NCBI GenBank assembly: GCA_043827085.1
Contig: JBDRPO010000022.1
Location: 4,481 to 68,480, forward strand
Origin: a bacterium
Lineage (GTDB): Bacteria > Patescibacteriota > Microgenomatia > UBA1400 > UBA12108
Reading direction: 5' to 3'
DNA length: 64,000 nt
In this document: piece by piece, positions 48,100 through 57,027 of the stretch
How the letters are laid out: each line of letters begins with the position of its first letter
Numbering within the stretch: the first letter of the stretch is position 1
Made by a program: the position numbers and the translations under genes
The notes under the pieces: model-generated
Seen by the model: only the letters and a program-made list of their open reading frames with translations
Databases searched by the model: none
What the model was told of the DNA's origin: nothing

Positions 48100-50257
48100 A
48101 GCTAATCCTCCGAAAGTCGACTGCTAACTCGCGCTTGTCGCCTGAGGCTGCGTCTGGATTTTCAACTTTGTCAAACTCAAAGCTTACTAGATGCTTACCT
48201 AGCTGTACCTTTGGTAGCTCGATTGTATATTCACTCCATTCTCTACTCAAAGCTAACTTTCTGCATAACTCATCGTTTACAAATACCCGCACTGTCTGTC
48301 CGTCGATAAAGGATGTAGCTGTTATCTTGAGTTGAGTTTTCGTCATATTTTTCTCAGTTACCCACCATATACTTGCTGTCTTTTCATTGGCCCAGCGGTG
48401 ATCGTTCTCAGGGGTACTCCAGCCATCAATCAAAATCGTATCGTCATACTGAGTTTTCCCAAACTCTATCGTTTGCAACTGCTTGGAGTTCTTTAGTAAA
48501 CAATCATCACTCAAACAGCGTCTCCCCAACTTATAAAATCCATTTTCCCACACAACCTGCTCAAACAACAATTTTGGTGGTCGATACCACAGCTCTTTAG
48601 ATACCAAAATTAAAGCATCTTCTGGCACTATGCCATTTTTAAATTCCTGCAAATTTGCACTAGATACTAGCTCTTTTTGCGGGTAAAGAAAATATTCAGT
48701 CCATATTTGTCGCCAGTAATACCCCATCCCCTCCACCACTTCACTCAAATAAATTGGCTCTGTAATACTTGGATTATTTGCCAGTTCAGACAGAGACATT
48801 AGCGACCTGTCCACTGTAATGTGGTTATATGTAAAACGTCTTATCAGTCTCCCCCCCGACCACAAAGATGCCACAATGAGTATCACCCCCACTCCCAACC
48901 CAAGGTAGCGTTTTTTGTCAGCAATGTCTATCCAGCCAGCCACGAACCACGGGAGTACCACAGGGAGTACGTACGTCACCACTCTGTTATAGGCAAAAAA
49001 GTTGTTATTCCCCCAGGTTGTCCAAACTATCATCGGCAAATACAATCCTACCATTACCATAATCATCCCTCGCCCGCTTGCCTTCCACATTCCTCTGGCC
49101 AAGATGACCAAAATCAATCCCGATAAACTCCAGGCCACTATCCATGGCAGGGCAGGGGAAGTATGAATATCCCATAGCCCCAGTAACTCTACGGGGTTAG
49201 CAAAGGGATTAATTTTACGGAAAATATCCCAGCCTATTGGACCATTCACTAGTTGTGCTTGCTGGATATCAAACATGATCGAGTGGATGGCTGCCACACC
49301 ACCCAAAAGTAGAGTAGTAGTAGCGACCCGCCACATCGTTTGCCAGTTACGGCTGATGAGTAAGTAGATCCCAAACGGAGCCAGCAAAAAGATAGAACCT
49401 TCATGGTACGAGTAAAATACACTTGCCACAATGATTCCAATCAGAAAGTCATTTCTCTCTGATTTTTTGCTAAAAACATGGATCCAAAATAACAGCTGCA
49501 GTCCCCAGAAAAATACTTGTCCTGCGAAATTATGGTAGAGCATATACAACAAATTCGCATTTGCTGCCGTCAATCCGGCAGTGAGGATCAGTCCGAGCTT
49601 ACTCTCTTTCCCAGTCATAACGACTAGGAGTACATAAACCAGCGGGATCATCCAGGCGAATAGTAAGACTTGGAATAGGTAGGTGAATTGATACCCCCTG
49701 AGTCCCGTTACCTCCAATAGGTATCCCATCGTGATCGGTGTGCCCCACCTATACCCAATTCGAATTAGATTACTGATTCCGTTGTAGTCATACTTTCCTT
49801 CATGACCATCCACCAAAAGACGAGAAAATATTGTGCCCTTTTGCAAGTATTCAGGTACCGTAGCATAGATTATGGCGTCATTATTCCCCAGCGACACAGT
49901 GGTGAGGATTTTGTCATTTCTCCACAGTGGAGCCAAATTTACCAAAATCGAGACTCCAACCACACTCGCCAGGATCACCTCTCTCCATCCGATCGTCACT
50001 CTGATTTTGTCGTAGAACCAGGTTTTGAGGCTTAGGGTCGCAAGTACCAAGGTCAGGGGGATAGTGCTGTAGGCAATAGGTATCCCCATCAAGCTTAAAA
50101 TGGTGAGACCTACACTCACCCCCACGATTGTGTACCAAGGGGCCAGCCAAAAGGCAAAAAAGGCAATTTTCTTAGGCGTTAAATAGCTAGCGATACCATA
50201 ACCGAGGAAGTACATTAAAATTGTAATACCTGCTGGATACAAAAATATTTCTTTCAT
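48092..50257 (-). CDS. Very large polytopic membrane protein with a C-terminal ~250-aa soluble domain, paralog family E
   Basis: 721 aa. TTVSLGNNDAIIYATVPEYL block shared with TTLSLGNLDPVTYASGGEFL of 50254..51933. Confidence 0.5.
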   Translation of the reverse strand: MKEIFLYPAGITILMYFLGYGIASYLTPKKIAFFAFWLAPWYTIVGVSVGLTILSLMGIPIAYSTIPLTLVLATLSLKTWFYDKIRVTIGWREVILASVVGVSILVNLAPLWRNDKILTTVSLGNNDAIIYATVPEYLQKGTIFSRLLVDGHEGKYDYNGISNLIRIGYRWGTPITMGYLLEVTGLRGYQFTYLFQVLLFAWMIPLVYVLLVVMTGKESKLGLILTAGLTAANANLLYMLYHNFAGQVFFWGLQLLFWIHVFSKKSERNDFLIGIIVASVFYSYHEGSIFLLAPFGIYLLISRNWQTMWRVATTTLLLGGVAAIHSIMFDIQQAQLVNGPIGWDIFRKINPFANPVELLGLWDIHTSPALPWIVAWSLSGLILVILARGMWKASGRGMIMVMVGLYLPMIVWTTWGNNNFFAYNRVVTYVLPVVLPWFVAGWIDIADKKRYLGLGVGVILIVASLWSGGRLIRRFTYNHITVDRSLMSLSELANNPSITEPIYLSEVVEGMGYYWRQIWTEYFLYPQKELVSSANLQEFKNGIVPEDALILVSKELWYRPPKLLFEQVVWENGFYKLGRRCLSDDCLLKNSKQLQTIEFGKTQYDDTILIDGWSTPENDHRWANEKTASIWWVTEKNMTKTQLKITATSFIDGQTVRVFVNDELCRKLALSREWSEYTIELPKVQLGKHLVSFEFDKVENPDAASGDKRELAVDFRRISFE

Positions 50258-51933
50258 TGCAAGTCCTTTGCAAGCATCAATTTATCCACGTTGATTAACT
50301 CATACCCGTTCTCAGGCGTATTATGCAAAGTCACAAACGGTCCATCTCCCCGCCCAGTGAGCGGTAAATTGGCTCGTGTATAAAAAGGAACCTCGCGCAA
50401 AAAATGCTCTTCCCACACCCGCTGCCACAAATCATATCCTTCTGTCATCACATCTGTATTGTAAATGGGACTTTCCTGTATGGGCAGATTCTGCAATTCT
50501 GCTATCTCACGTCCTACCAATCGGTGGTGGTTAAAGTATTGGATCATAGTGCGGTAAGACGACCGTAAGGTCAAAACTCCCAGTATCACCATTACCACGA
50601 TGCTAATCTTGTAACTCTTGATCTGCGCAAGTCCAATAGATACAAGTACCACAAGTAGAAACATCCCATAGCCTAACACACGGTTATAGACAAAATAATT
50701 ACTAATTATTAAACGATAAAAAACCAAAAAAACACCAAAAACTAAAATGTATGCACCGATCAATTTTTTCTGCTTGATTTTTGCAAATCCCCATACAGCG
50801 ATGAGTAATAGAGGCAAGCTCACAATCAGGTCAACAATTAGTGGCAAATCCCGAGAATAATTCAGGTTATATATCCCGAGCAGTTCCCATAGTGACCCAA
50901 AGCGGATCCTCTCCCAGCCGATAAAAGTTGTGTTCGTGGTCACTTTGATTAAGCGAATTATTTGGTTTACACTATTTACCATTGTGATCGGAGTTAGTGC
51001 TAAAGCGTAAGAGATACTTATCCAGATATTTTTATATTGAGTAAGCAATAGGGGCAACAGCAACAGCATCATGCCATCTGGATATACCGAGGAGGTGGTA
51101 GCAATAGTTACTCCCATCCACCACGCTTTGCCAGGAGAGTCACCAAGAGCCAAAAGAATTGTCAAAACTATCAGTCCCCCGTAGACAAACTGTGGCATAA
51201 AAGCGTGGAACTGCCAGTACATGAGAGTAGAGTTAAGTCCAAAAAGTAGCGTAGTACCTACTAGCAAGCGTATATCATCGCGTCCCAGTAGCTTTTTGCT
51301 GAGTAAGTAAATTAGCGGCAGGGTCAGCGCTGTCAAAACTGCCAGCAATATCGTATAAACCTGGTATACCTGCTGATGCAAAATCACTGCAAAAAAACTT
51401 AAAGTGAGTGGCACTCCGTACCGAAAACCGTAGTGGAGTATGTCTGCGATAGACCAAGTATATGGGTGCTGCATATCTATTGCACTACCTTGGATCAGGC
51501 TATACTCCCGCAAAAACTCTCCACCACTTGCGTAAGTCACAGGATCTAGATTACCCAGGGACAAGGTGGTGGGGTAGCCAACCTTACCCCACATTGGGTA
51601 AAGATAGAAAACTATCACGCCGGTGACAAAGAGCAGCAAGCGCCAGTCGCTCATTGACCATTTAGAGCTCCACCCATACTTAATTAGCGCAAAAATATTA
51701 ATCAGGCTTGCGCAAAATAGTACGGCGTAGCTCCCGTACTTCATTGGGATATTTGCCAAACTCAAAGCACCAGATAGCAAGACAACTAAGCAAACTCCCC
51801 ACCAAGGCACGCTCCATTTCTCCTTGCGTAGCGGTGTAAGTCTATTTACCCCCCATCCCAGAAACATTAATAACCCCAAAATACCAAGTGTCAATAAACT
51901 AATTTGCAGCATAACTATGATTATACTATCCAT
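50254..51933 (-). CDS. Large polytopic membrane protein, paralog family E. First gene of the minus-strand operon.
   Basis: 559 aa. Shared block as above. An AT-rich divergent promoter region (51934-51979) separates it from the plus-strand PP-loop gene. Confidence 0.5.
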   Translation of the reverse strand: MDSIIIVMLQISLLTLGILGLLMFLGWGVNRLTPLRKEKWSVPWWGVCLVVLLSGALSLANIPMKYGSYAVLFCASLINIFALIKYGWSSKWSMSDWRLLLFVTGVIVFYLYPMWGKVGYPTTLSLGNLDPVTYASGGEFLREYSLIQGSAIDMQHPYTWSIADILHYGFRYGVPLTLSFFAVILHQQVYQVYTILLAVLTALTLPLIYLLSKKLLGRDDIRLLVGTTLLFGLNSTLMYWQFHAFMPQFVYGGLIVLTILLALGDSPGKAWWMGVTIATTSSVYPDGMMLLLLPLLLTQYKNIWISISYALALTPITMVNSVNQIIRLIKVTTNTTFIGWERIRFGSLWELLGIYNLNYSRDLPLIVDLIVSLPLLLIAVWGFAKIKQKKLIGAYILVFGVFLVFYRLIISNYFVYNRVLGYGMFLLVVLVSIGLAQIKSYKISIVVMVILGVLTLRSSYRTMIQYFNHHRLVGREIAELQNLPIQESPIYNTDVMTEGYDLWQRVWEEHFLREVPFYTRANLPLTGRGDGPFVTLHNTPENGYELINVDKLMLAKDLQ

Positions 51934-51979
51934 CAGGCTTGTGTTATAGTAATTTCATTACCACAAATAAAAAGTAAGT

Positions 51980-52657
51980 ATGATAAGTAAACAAAAAGTT
52001 AAAGAAGCTCAAAAAATTATTCGTCAAGCTCGCTCTAAATGGGATGATGACAAGATAGCGGTAGCTTGGACTGGCGGCAAAGACTCTACCGTCATCCTGA
52101 GTCTAATCCGTGAAACTTTTAACGGCAAAATCCCCTTTAGAGTCATTTTCAACGACTCGACTATCGAATTTCCCGAAGTATACGAGTTTATCAAAAAAAC
52201 TACTAAGGATTGGAATCTAAAACTCATTACGATTCCTCATTTGCCCGAAGATCTCCAAGCTTATCAAGACGCTGTCTCCCCGGAAGACAAAATGGAAATC
52301 ATGCGGATCGCCAAAATTAACGCGATCAATTATGCGATCACCGAATACAAGCTTCAAGCGTTCATGTCAGGTATCCGCGCCGACGAACACGAATCGCGCA
52401 GCGAAGAAACTCACTTTTCACCACGCACTTCCCACATGCGTGTCCACCCAATTCTCAATTTTACCCTTACTGATATTTGGGACTACATCAAAGAATTTGA
52501 AGTTCCCTATGTCAAGCTCTACGACCAAGGCTATAAATCGCTTGGAGAAGCACCTTTTACGAGTCCTGTCTCAGATCCCAATGCTCCCGAACGAGCGGGA
52601 AGGGAGGCCACCAAAGAAAAAACCATGAAACGTCTGCGTGATCTCGGTTATTGGTAA
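51980..52657 (+). CDS. PAPS-reductase-fold PP-loop protein (PF01507-like) lacking the redox cysteines
   Basis: WTGGKDSTV PP-loop, RADEHESR, ILNFTLTDIWDYI and YDQGYKSLGEAPFTSPV align with the CysH/CysD family. The family's QGY.SIGC.PCT cysteines are replaced here (C to E, C to F), and there is no C-terminal Cys pair. Confidence 0.7.
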   Translation: MISKQKVKEAQKIIRQARSKWDDDKIAVAWTGGKDSTVILSLIRETFNGKIPFRVIFNDSTIEFPEVYEFIKKTTKDWNLKLITIPHLPEDLQAYQDAVSPEDKMEIMRIAKINAINYAITEYKLQAFMSGIRADEHESRSEETHFSPRTSHMRVHPILNFTLTDIWDYIKEFEVPYVKLYDQGYKSLGEAPFTSPVSDPNAPERAGREATKEKTMKRLRDLGYW

Positions 52658-52666
52658 TACTGAGTT

Positions 52667-54178
52667 ATGTACAAAAATCTTGTCATTATCTCCATCGATT
52701 CTCTCCGTGCCGATGCCACCAACTTTTCTCACCAGGCAATTCATGGTCGTGCAGAACCACGACTTAAAACTCCCAACCTAGACAAGCTCGCAGGTCAAGG
52801 CTCATACATAGAAAAAGCTTATTCCACCAATACCTATACCACCGCTGCTCACGCTTCCCTCTTTACCGGCCGTTACCCTTACCAACATCAAGTCCGGGCC
52901 TTCCTTGATTTCCACAGCACTTTAAATCCCACAACACCTACCCTTGCTGAGATTCTGCACAATCAAGGTTTTCAGACATTTTTTTATTCCGATGTCCCAG
53001 AATTATTTTCCTCAAACGACATTTGGCGCGGTTTTAGAGTCAAAACTAAAAATAATACTAACTGGTTCTTTAACTCACTAGAAGAAGCCAAGAAAGACCG
53101 GAATTTTATCTTCCTCCACCTTTTTGATGTTCACGAACCATACTTATATATCGAAGATCAAAACCACAAACCCAATGCCAATGACGATTACTACGACTCA
53201 GTGACAACCCTGCAGAAGAAACTGGGATATAAATCCAAATTGAATCCCAAGAAAAATCCCCACGATTTCTGGCAAGAAATTCGTCAACATTTTCGCGCGG
53301 AGCATCTCAAAGAGTATCCTTATCTTTACCCCCTGTATCTTGCGGGAGTAAATTACTTTGATAAATACCGACTGCCATATTTTTTGAATCAATTTGACCA
53401 TCTGGGCTACACTAGTGACAATACTCTCTTCATTTTCCTGAGTGATCATGGCGAAGGACAAACCACTTTCGATACCAATAATATTATTAAATTTAATCAC
53501 GGGGGTGACATTACCGAAGACGTTCTCAGAATATTTCTGACTATTTCTGAGTCAGGTATTAATCGCAAGCTCATGTCCATCGCCGATCTCTCTAATCTAG
53601 CATTGTCTTTACTAGGAGTCCCATACCCCAAACCAATTGAATATTCACTCAGCCGCGCCGTTATTCCTCCGCATCATCTTTACGCCGAATCACACTACAA
53701 TATTGTCGGCGACAAACTGGCTCATGGATTAACTGATCAAGGTACTCTCGCGCAAATTACCTCACACGTCTTGGGTAGCCGGGCATTTATCACCGATTCT
53801 CACAAATATATTCTTCATGGTGAGCCGGAATACCTCGCCTCTTCCCATTCAACCGAACCTGCCAGCGTCGTGATTGATCGCTTATTCCAGTCTATCTTCT
53901 ATCGATTTTCCGATTCGACTTCCAAGAAATCATTACTCGGCGCCCATGCTCATTCTCCACTTGAACCCGATGCCCTTGCGTACAAACTTCTGATTTCTCC
54001 CGAAAAAACTCTCAAGCCTTTTACCGAAAGCTTTGAAACTACCGACCTAGCTGATCATCCAATTGACGACACGTCCTGGACAATCCAAGCCAAATTTCAT
54101 TGGCTATCTGCTCTCACAACCCACGTCCTCCATCCCCGCCGTCATTATCGTTTTTCCAAACTAATCAATAATTACTGA
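52667..54178 (+). CDS. Alkaline-phosphatase-superfamily phosphodiesterase/pyrophosphatase (ENPP type I phosphodiesterase-like), with a ~150-aa C-terminal extension
   Basis: Metal site ISIDSLRAD. Thr nucleophile block TNTYTTAAHASLFTGRYPYQHQ matches the ENPP pattern T-x3-H-x-S-x2-TG-x-YP-x2-H. HLFDVHEPY and FLSDHGEG second-metal motifs. Not a Cys/Ser-type sulfatase, because the CxPxR motif is absent. Confidence 0.65.
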   Translation: MYKNLVIISIDSLRADATNFSHQAIHGRAEPRLKTPNLDKLAGQGSYIEKAYSTNTYTTAAHASLFTGRYPYQHQVRAFLDFHSTLNPTTPTLAEILHNQGFQTFFYSDVPELFSSNDIWRGFRVKTKNNTNWFFNSLEEAKKDRNFIFLHLFDVHEPYLYIEDQNHKPNANDDYYDSVTTLQKKLGYKSKLNPKKNPHDFWQEIRQHFRAEHLKEYPYLYPLYLAGVNYFDKYRLPYFLNQFDHLGYTSDNTLFIFLSDHGEGQTTFDTNNIIKFNHGGDITEDVLRIFLTISESGINRKLMSIADLSNLALSLLGVPYPKPIEYSLSRAVIPPHHLYAESHYNIVGDKLAHGLTDQGTLAQITSHVLGSRAFITDSHKYILHGEPEYLASSHSTEPASVVIDRLFQSIFYRFSDSTSKKSLLGAHAHSPLEPDALAYKLLISPEKTLKPFTESFETTDLADHPIDDTSWTIQAKFHWLSALTTHVLHPRRHYRFSKLINNY

Positions 54179-55454
54179 GATAATGCTTCCCTGCATATAG
54201 TATCTCCAGGTTTTTTGGCTTTTCACATTGTTCATTTATTCGCACTCCTACTGGATAACTCATCATGTTAACGAGTTGCCCAACTCCCGTCGCCCAAAGT
54301 TCGTACTCTCCCATCCCAGTGAGGCATAAGGTATCGTATTTACTCCAATCATATTTCTCGACCACTTCTTTCTGGTACTGCTCCGCGGCCTGCACTCCCC
54401 GTGCCGAAAACGAATTTATCACCCACTGAGACCTGGTTGTAACTGACATATAGATTGCCAGTCCTAGGAGTAACCATCTCTCCCTCTTCCCCCCCGCGAT
54501 CATCAAACATACCCCTATCAAACTAAACTCCAGGTAAAAAGGCAACGCTCTACCTAGGAAATAAAAGGGGAGTAGCCCGACCGCTCCCCACCAACAAGCG
54601 AACCGAAACAATTGTCTGTTCTTTCGCCACACGTTCCACACAGCTAACCCCACAAGAATAGCAAACGACACACTGACCAAGTCGTAATACGAATGAGGAG
54701 GGTAGGGCATCCCCATCTGCCAGCCATGGCGCCAGTTGATGAGCCACAACCCATAATCAAATAAATTCTTCCGCAGAGTCTCTAAGTTAATAACATAGCT
54801 GTAGGCTGCTCCTTGTTGGCGGTACTGTCCCAATTTCAAAAAAAAATATATTATCGTTGGTACCCAATAAACCAAATAATACTTCCAACGAACCCTCTTC
54901 TGCCAAAGAATGTAACTCAGCACCAAAAGTACACTCACAAAACTTTCTTTACTAAACATCGCCAAAATAAATAATCCCCAGCTAGCAATAAACCATTCTT
55001 TCTGATACTTCGATACTTCGAAGTATCGAAGTAACAACAAAATAGATCCAAGTGAGAAAAGTAAAAATACTTGATCCACCAGCCCAGTGAGAGTGAACAC
55101 ATCAAAAAAGACGATGTGCGACACACCGTAGGTTACCGCCGCGGCGACTGCTCCCCATTTCGCTTTGCTTAGACCTTTCGCGAGTAGATACACAAGTATG
55201 ACGTTTAAGCCGTGGAGCACTATTGGTACCCAATGCATTGCACTAATATTGTTTCCTAAAAGGTGGTAGATAGAAAATAGTGAGAAGGGGATCGGTCGGT
55301 ATGTCCCTCCGATATCTGCAAATAACTCTCTGACTCGTCCCCAGCCACCCGGGGCGCTCATATACAGCCAAATATCATCTCCCCCCACAAAATAATGGGT
55401 AAACCCACTATAATAAAGGAGTATGAAAGCGAAAAGTCCTGTGATTATCCACAT
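54165..55454 (-). CDS. Polytopic membrane protein, paralog family C (DD motif)
   Basis: See 11289..12665. Contains an internal 28-nt perfect palindrome at about 55006-55033. Its 5' end overlaps the 5' end of the divergent 55423 gene by ~32 nt. Confidence 0.5.
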   Translation of the reverse strand: MWIITGLFAFILLYYSGFTHYFVGGDDIWLYMSAPGGWGRVRELFADIGGTYRPIPFSLFSIYHLLGNNISAMHWVPIVLHGLNVILVYLLAKGLSKAKWGAVAAAVTYGVSHIVFFDVFTLTGLVDQVFLLFSLGSILLLLRYFEVSKYQKEWFIASWGLFILAMFSKESFVSVLLVLSYILWQKRVRWKYYLVYWVPTIIYFFLKLGQYRQQGAAYSYVINLETLRKNLFDYGLWLINWRHGWQMGMPYPPHSYYDLVSVSFAILVGLAVWNVWRKNRQLFRFACWWGAVGLLPFYFLGRALPFYLEFSLIGVCLMIAGGKRERWLLLGLAIYMSVTTRSQWVINSFSARGVQAAEQYQKEVVEKYDWSKYDTLCLTGMGEYELWATGVGQLVNMMSYPVGVRINEQCEKPKNLEILYAGKHYLSNY

Positions 55455-57027
55455 ACTCCAAATCTTATCATTCCTGCTCGTACCTTTGTTCGTTTACTTA
55501 TTCATCGTGAACTCTTCACTCTCCGCCGTGGGGCCGTATGTCGGCACCTACTCCCCCTCCGACGAGGAAACCAATTATCTAACTGCTCTGTCAGTTTACC
55601 GTGGCGAGGGACTATACAAAAATTTTAGTATTTCCTATCCCCCCGGCCGCTTCCTTGCTCAGGCACTATATTTCCACTTGACTCAGCCCACCATCATTTC
55701 AGCCAGGATTTACATGAACCTCTTTGCTCCGCTCTTATTCCCCACACTGCTCTTCTTTTTGACTTACCGTGTTCTTCGTGTCCTCAAACTCAGTTTCTTC
55801 CCTGCCTATCTCCTAGGCTGGCTCGCGCTTCTACTGGACCTAACCATAGTTCACTCTGCGCAAGAAGTGCACGCACTCATCGCTGGATTTTGTCTAGTTT
55901 TGTTATCGCGGCTAAAATTCCATCAATTTTTCTTAGGTTTACTCTTGGGACTCATTTTTCTCTTCCGTTTCGAAGCCGGAATTATCGTCGCTCTCTCGCT
56001 CATCCTAGCATACCGCTCACCGCCCTCTAAACAGAATATCCTTGGTTTTGGGGTTGTTTGGCTCCCAGTCCTCGCTAACCTACTCTTTCATGGCACTCTC
56101 GCCAACTTTTTTTATGACACCATTGTTCTCGGTCTCATCATGCAGCCTCGCGTCATGGGCCAGCCAATTCCCCCCAATGCACTCTGGTATGTTTTTCTCT
56201 CCTCGCTCCTTGCGCTGTTCGGTTTCACCCTCTCCCTCGCGGCCCACTCCAACAAATCATTACGCACCGTAGCGGGTATCGCCTTATTTAGTTATGTCTC
56301 CGCCCTAGGTCGCTCAGACGAGGGACACTTATGGTACGCTCTCCTTTGGCTCCCCTTACTTATAAGTTATTCCCTTACCCAGCTGGACCGTATTCGCCTC
56401 CTACCCACAATCTTTATTGGCTTAGGTTTATTTGCAGCCTGTTATCTCATTATCGTTGTAAAATCTCCTGCCTTATTTCTGTCCATTGCGGCGATCATGC
56501 TGCTCTTGGCTGACCGCCTAAAGTCGTTTTCCCGTGAGATCACACTCGCAGGCATTATTACCGCTCTCCTCATTTTCCACAGCTTTCAGTACTTCACTCT
56601 CCGTTTCCAGCTTCCCCGTTATGTTGGTACTCTCGCCCACCCTTGGACTCAATCCGCCTCTGGCGGATCGATTGGCGGACTCGATTTCCCTTTCTCAACT
56701 CTCACTTCACTCTTGGAAATTAAATTACATATTACCGGCAACTCTCCCTCGCTCTTTATCTTCCCCGAAAATACTATTTATTATGAATACTTTAAATTGC
56801 CTCGTCCCACCCGCTATCTCTATCTCACTGGTGAGCGCACAGCGGGAACCGAAACCGAGATTATCCTCGATCTAGAATCAACCCCCAACCTCTACATTCT
56901 GGTCTTCCCCGTCAAAGCCGCTCATCGCGGGGGTGAAGTTTGGTCCTGGATAGAGTCCCACACGGAAGTTATCTACTCTGCTCCCTACCAGTCCACGACC
57001 GTTGAGCTGCGTCATTCATCGCTTTAG
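55423..57027 (+). CDS. Polytopic membrane protein with a C-terminal soluble domain, GT-C-like (SDEETNYL loop motif)
   Basis: 534 aa. About 11 TM helices. Acidic DEE motif in the first loop. C-terminal ~110-aa hydrophilic domain. Start uncertain because of the divergent overlap. Confidence 0.45.
   Translation: MKAKSPVIIHILQILSFLLVPLFVYLFIVNSSLSAVGPYVGTYSPSDEETNYLTALSVYRGEGLYKNFSISYPPGRFLAQALYFHLTQPTIISARIYMNLFAPLLFPTLLFFLTYRVLRVLKLSFFPAYLLGWLALLLDLTIVHSAQEVHALIAGFCLVLLSRLKFHQFFLGLLLGLIFLFRFEAGIIVALSLILAYRSPPSKQNILGFGVVWLPVLANLLFHGTLANFFYDTIVLGLIMQPRVMGQPIPPNALWYVFLSSLLALFGFTLSLAAHSNKSLRTVAGIALFSYVSALGRSDEGHLWYALLWLPLLISYSLTQLDRIRLLPTIFIGLGLFAACYLIIVVKSPALFLSIAAIMLLLADRLKSFSREITLAGIITALLIFHSFQYFTLRFQLPRYVGTLAHPWTQSASGGSIGGLDFPFSTLTSLLEIKLHITGNSPSLFIFPENTIYYEYFKLPRPTRYLYLTGERTAGTETEIILDLESTPNLYILVFPVKAAHRGGEVWSWIESHTEVIYSAPYQSTTVELRHSSL

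Noticed and set aside
52667-54178. Arylsulfatase (formylglycine-dependent) assignment for the sulfatase-like protein, implying glycan desulfation
   Set aside because: The diagnostic C/S-x-P-x-R motif is absent. The active-site region instead matches the Thr-nucleophile ENPP phosphodiesterase pattern.
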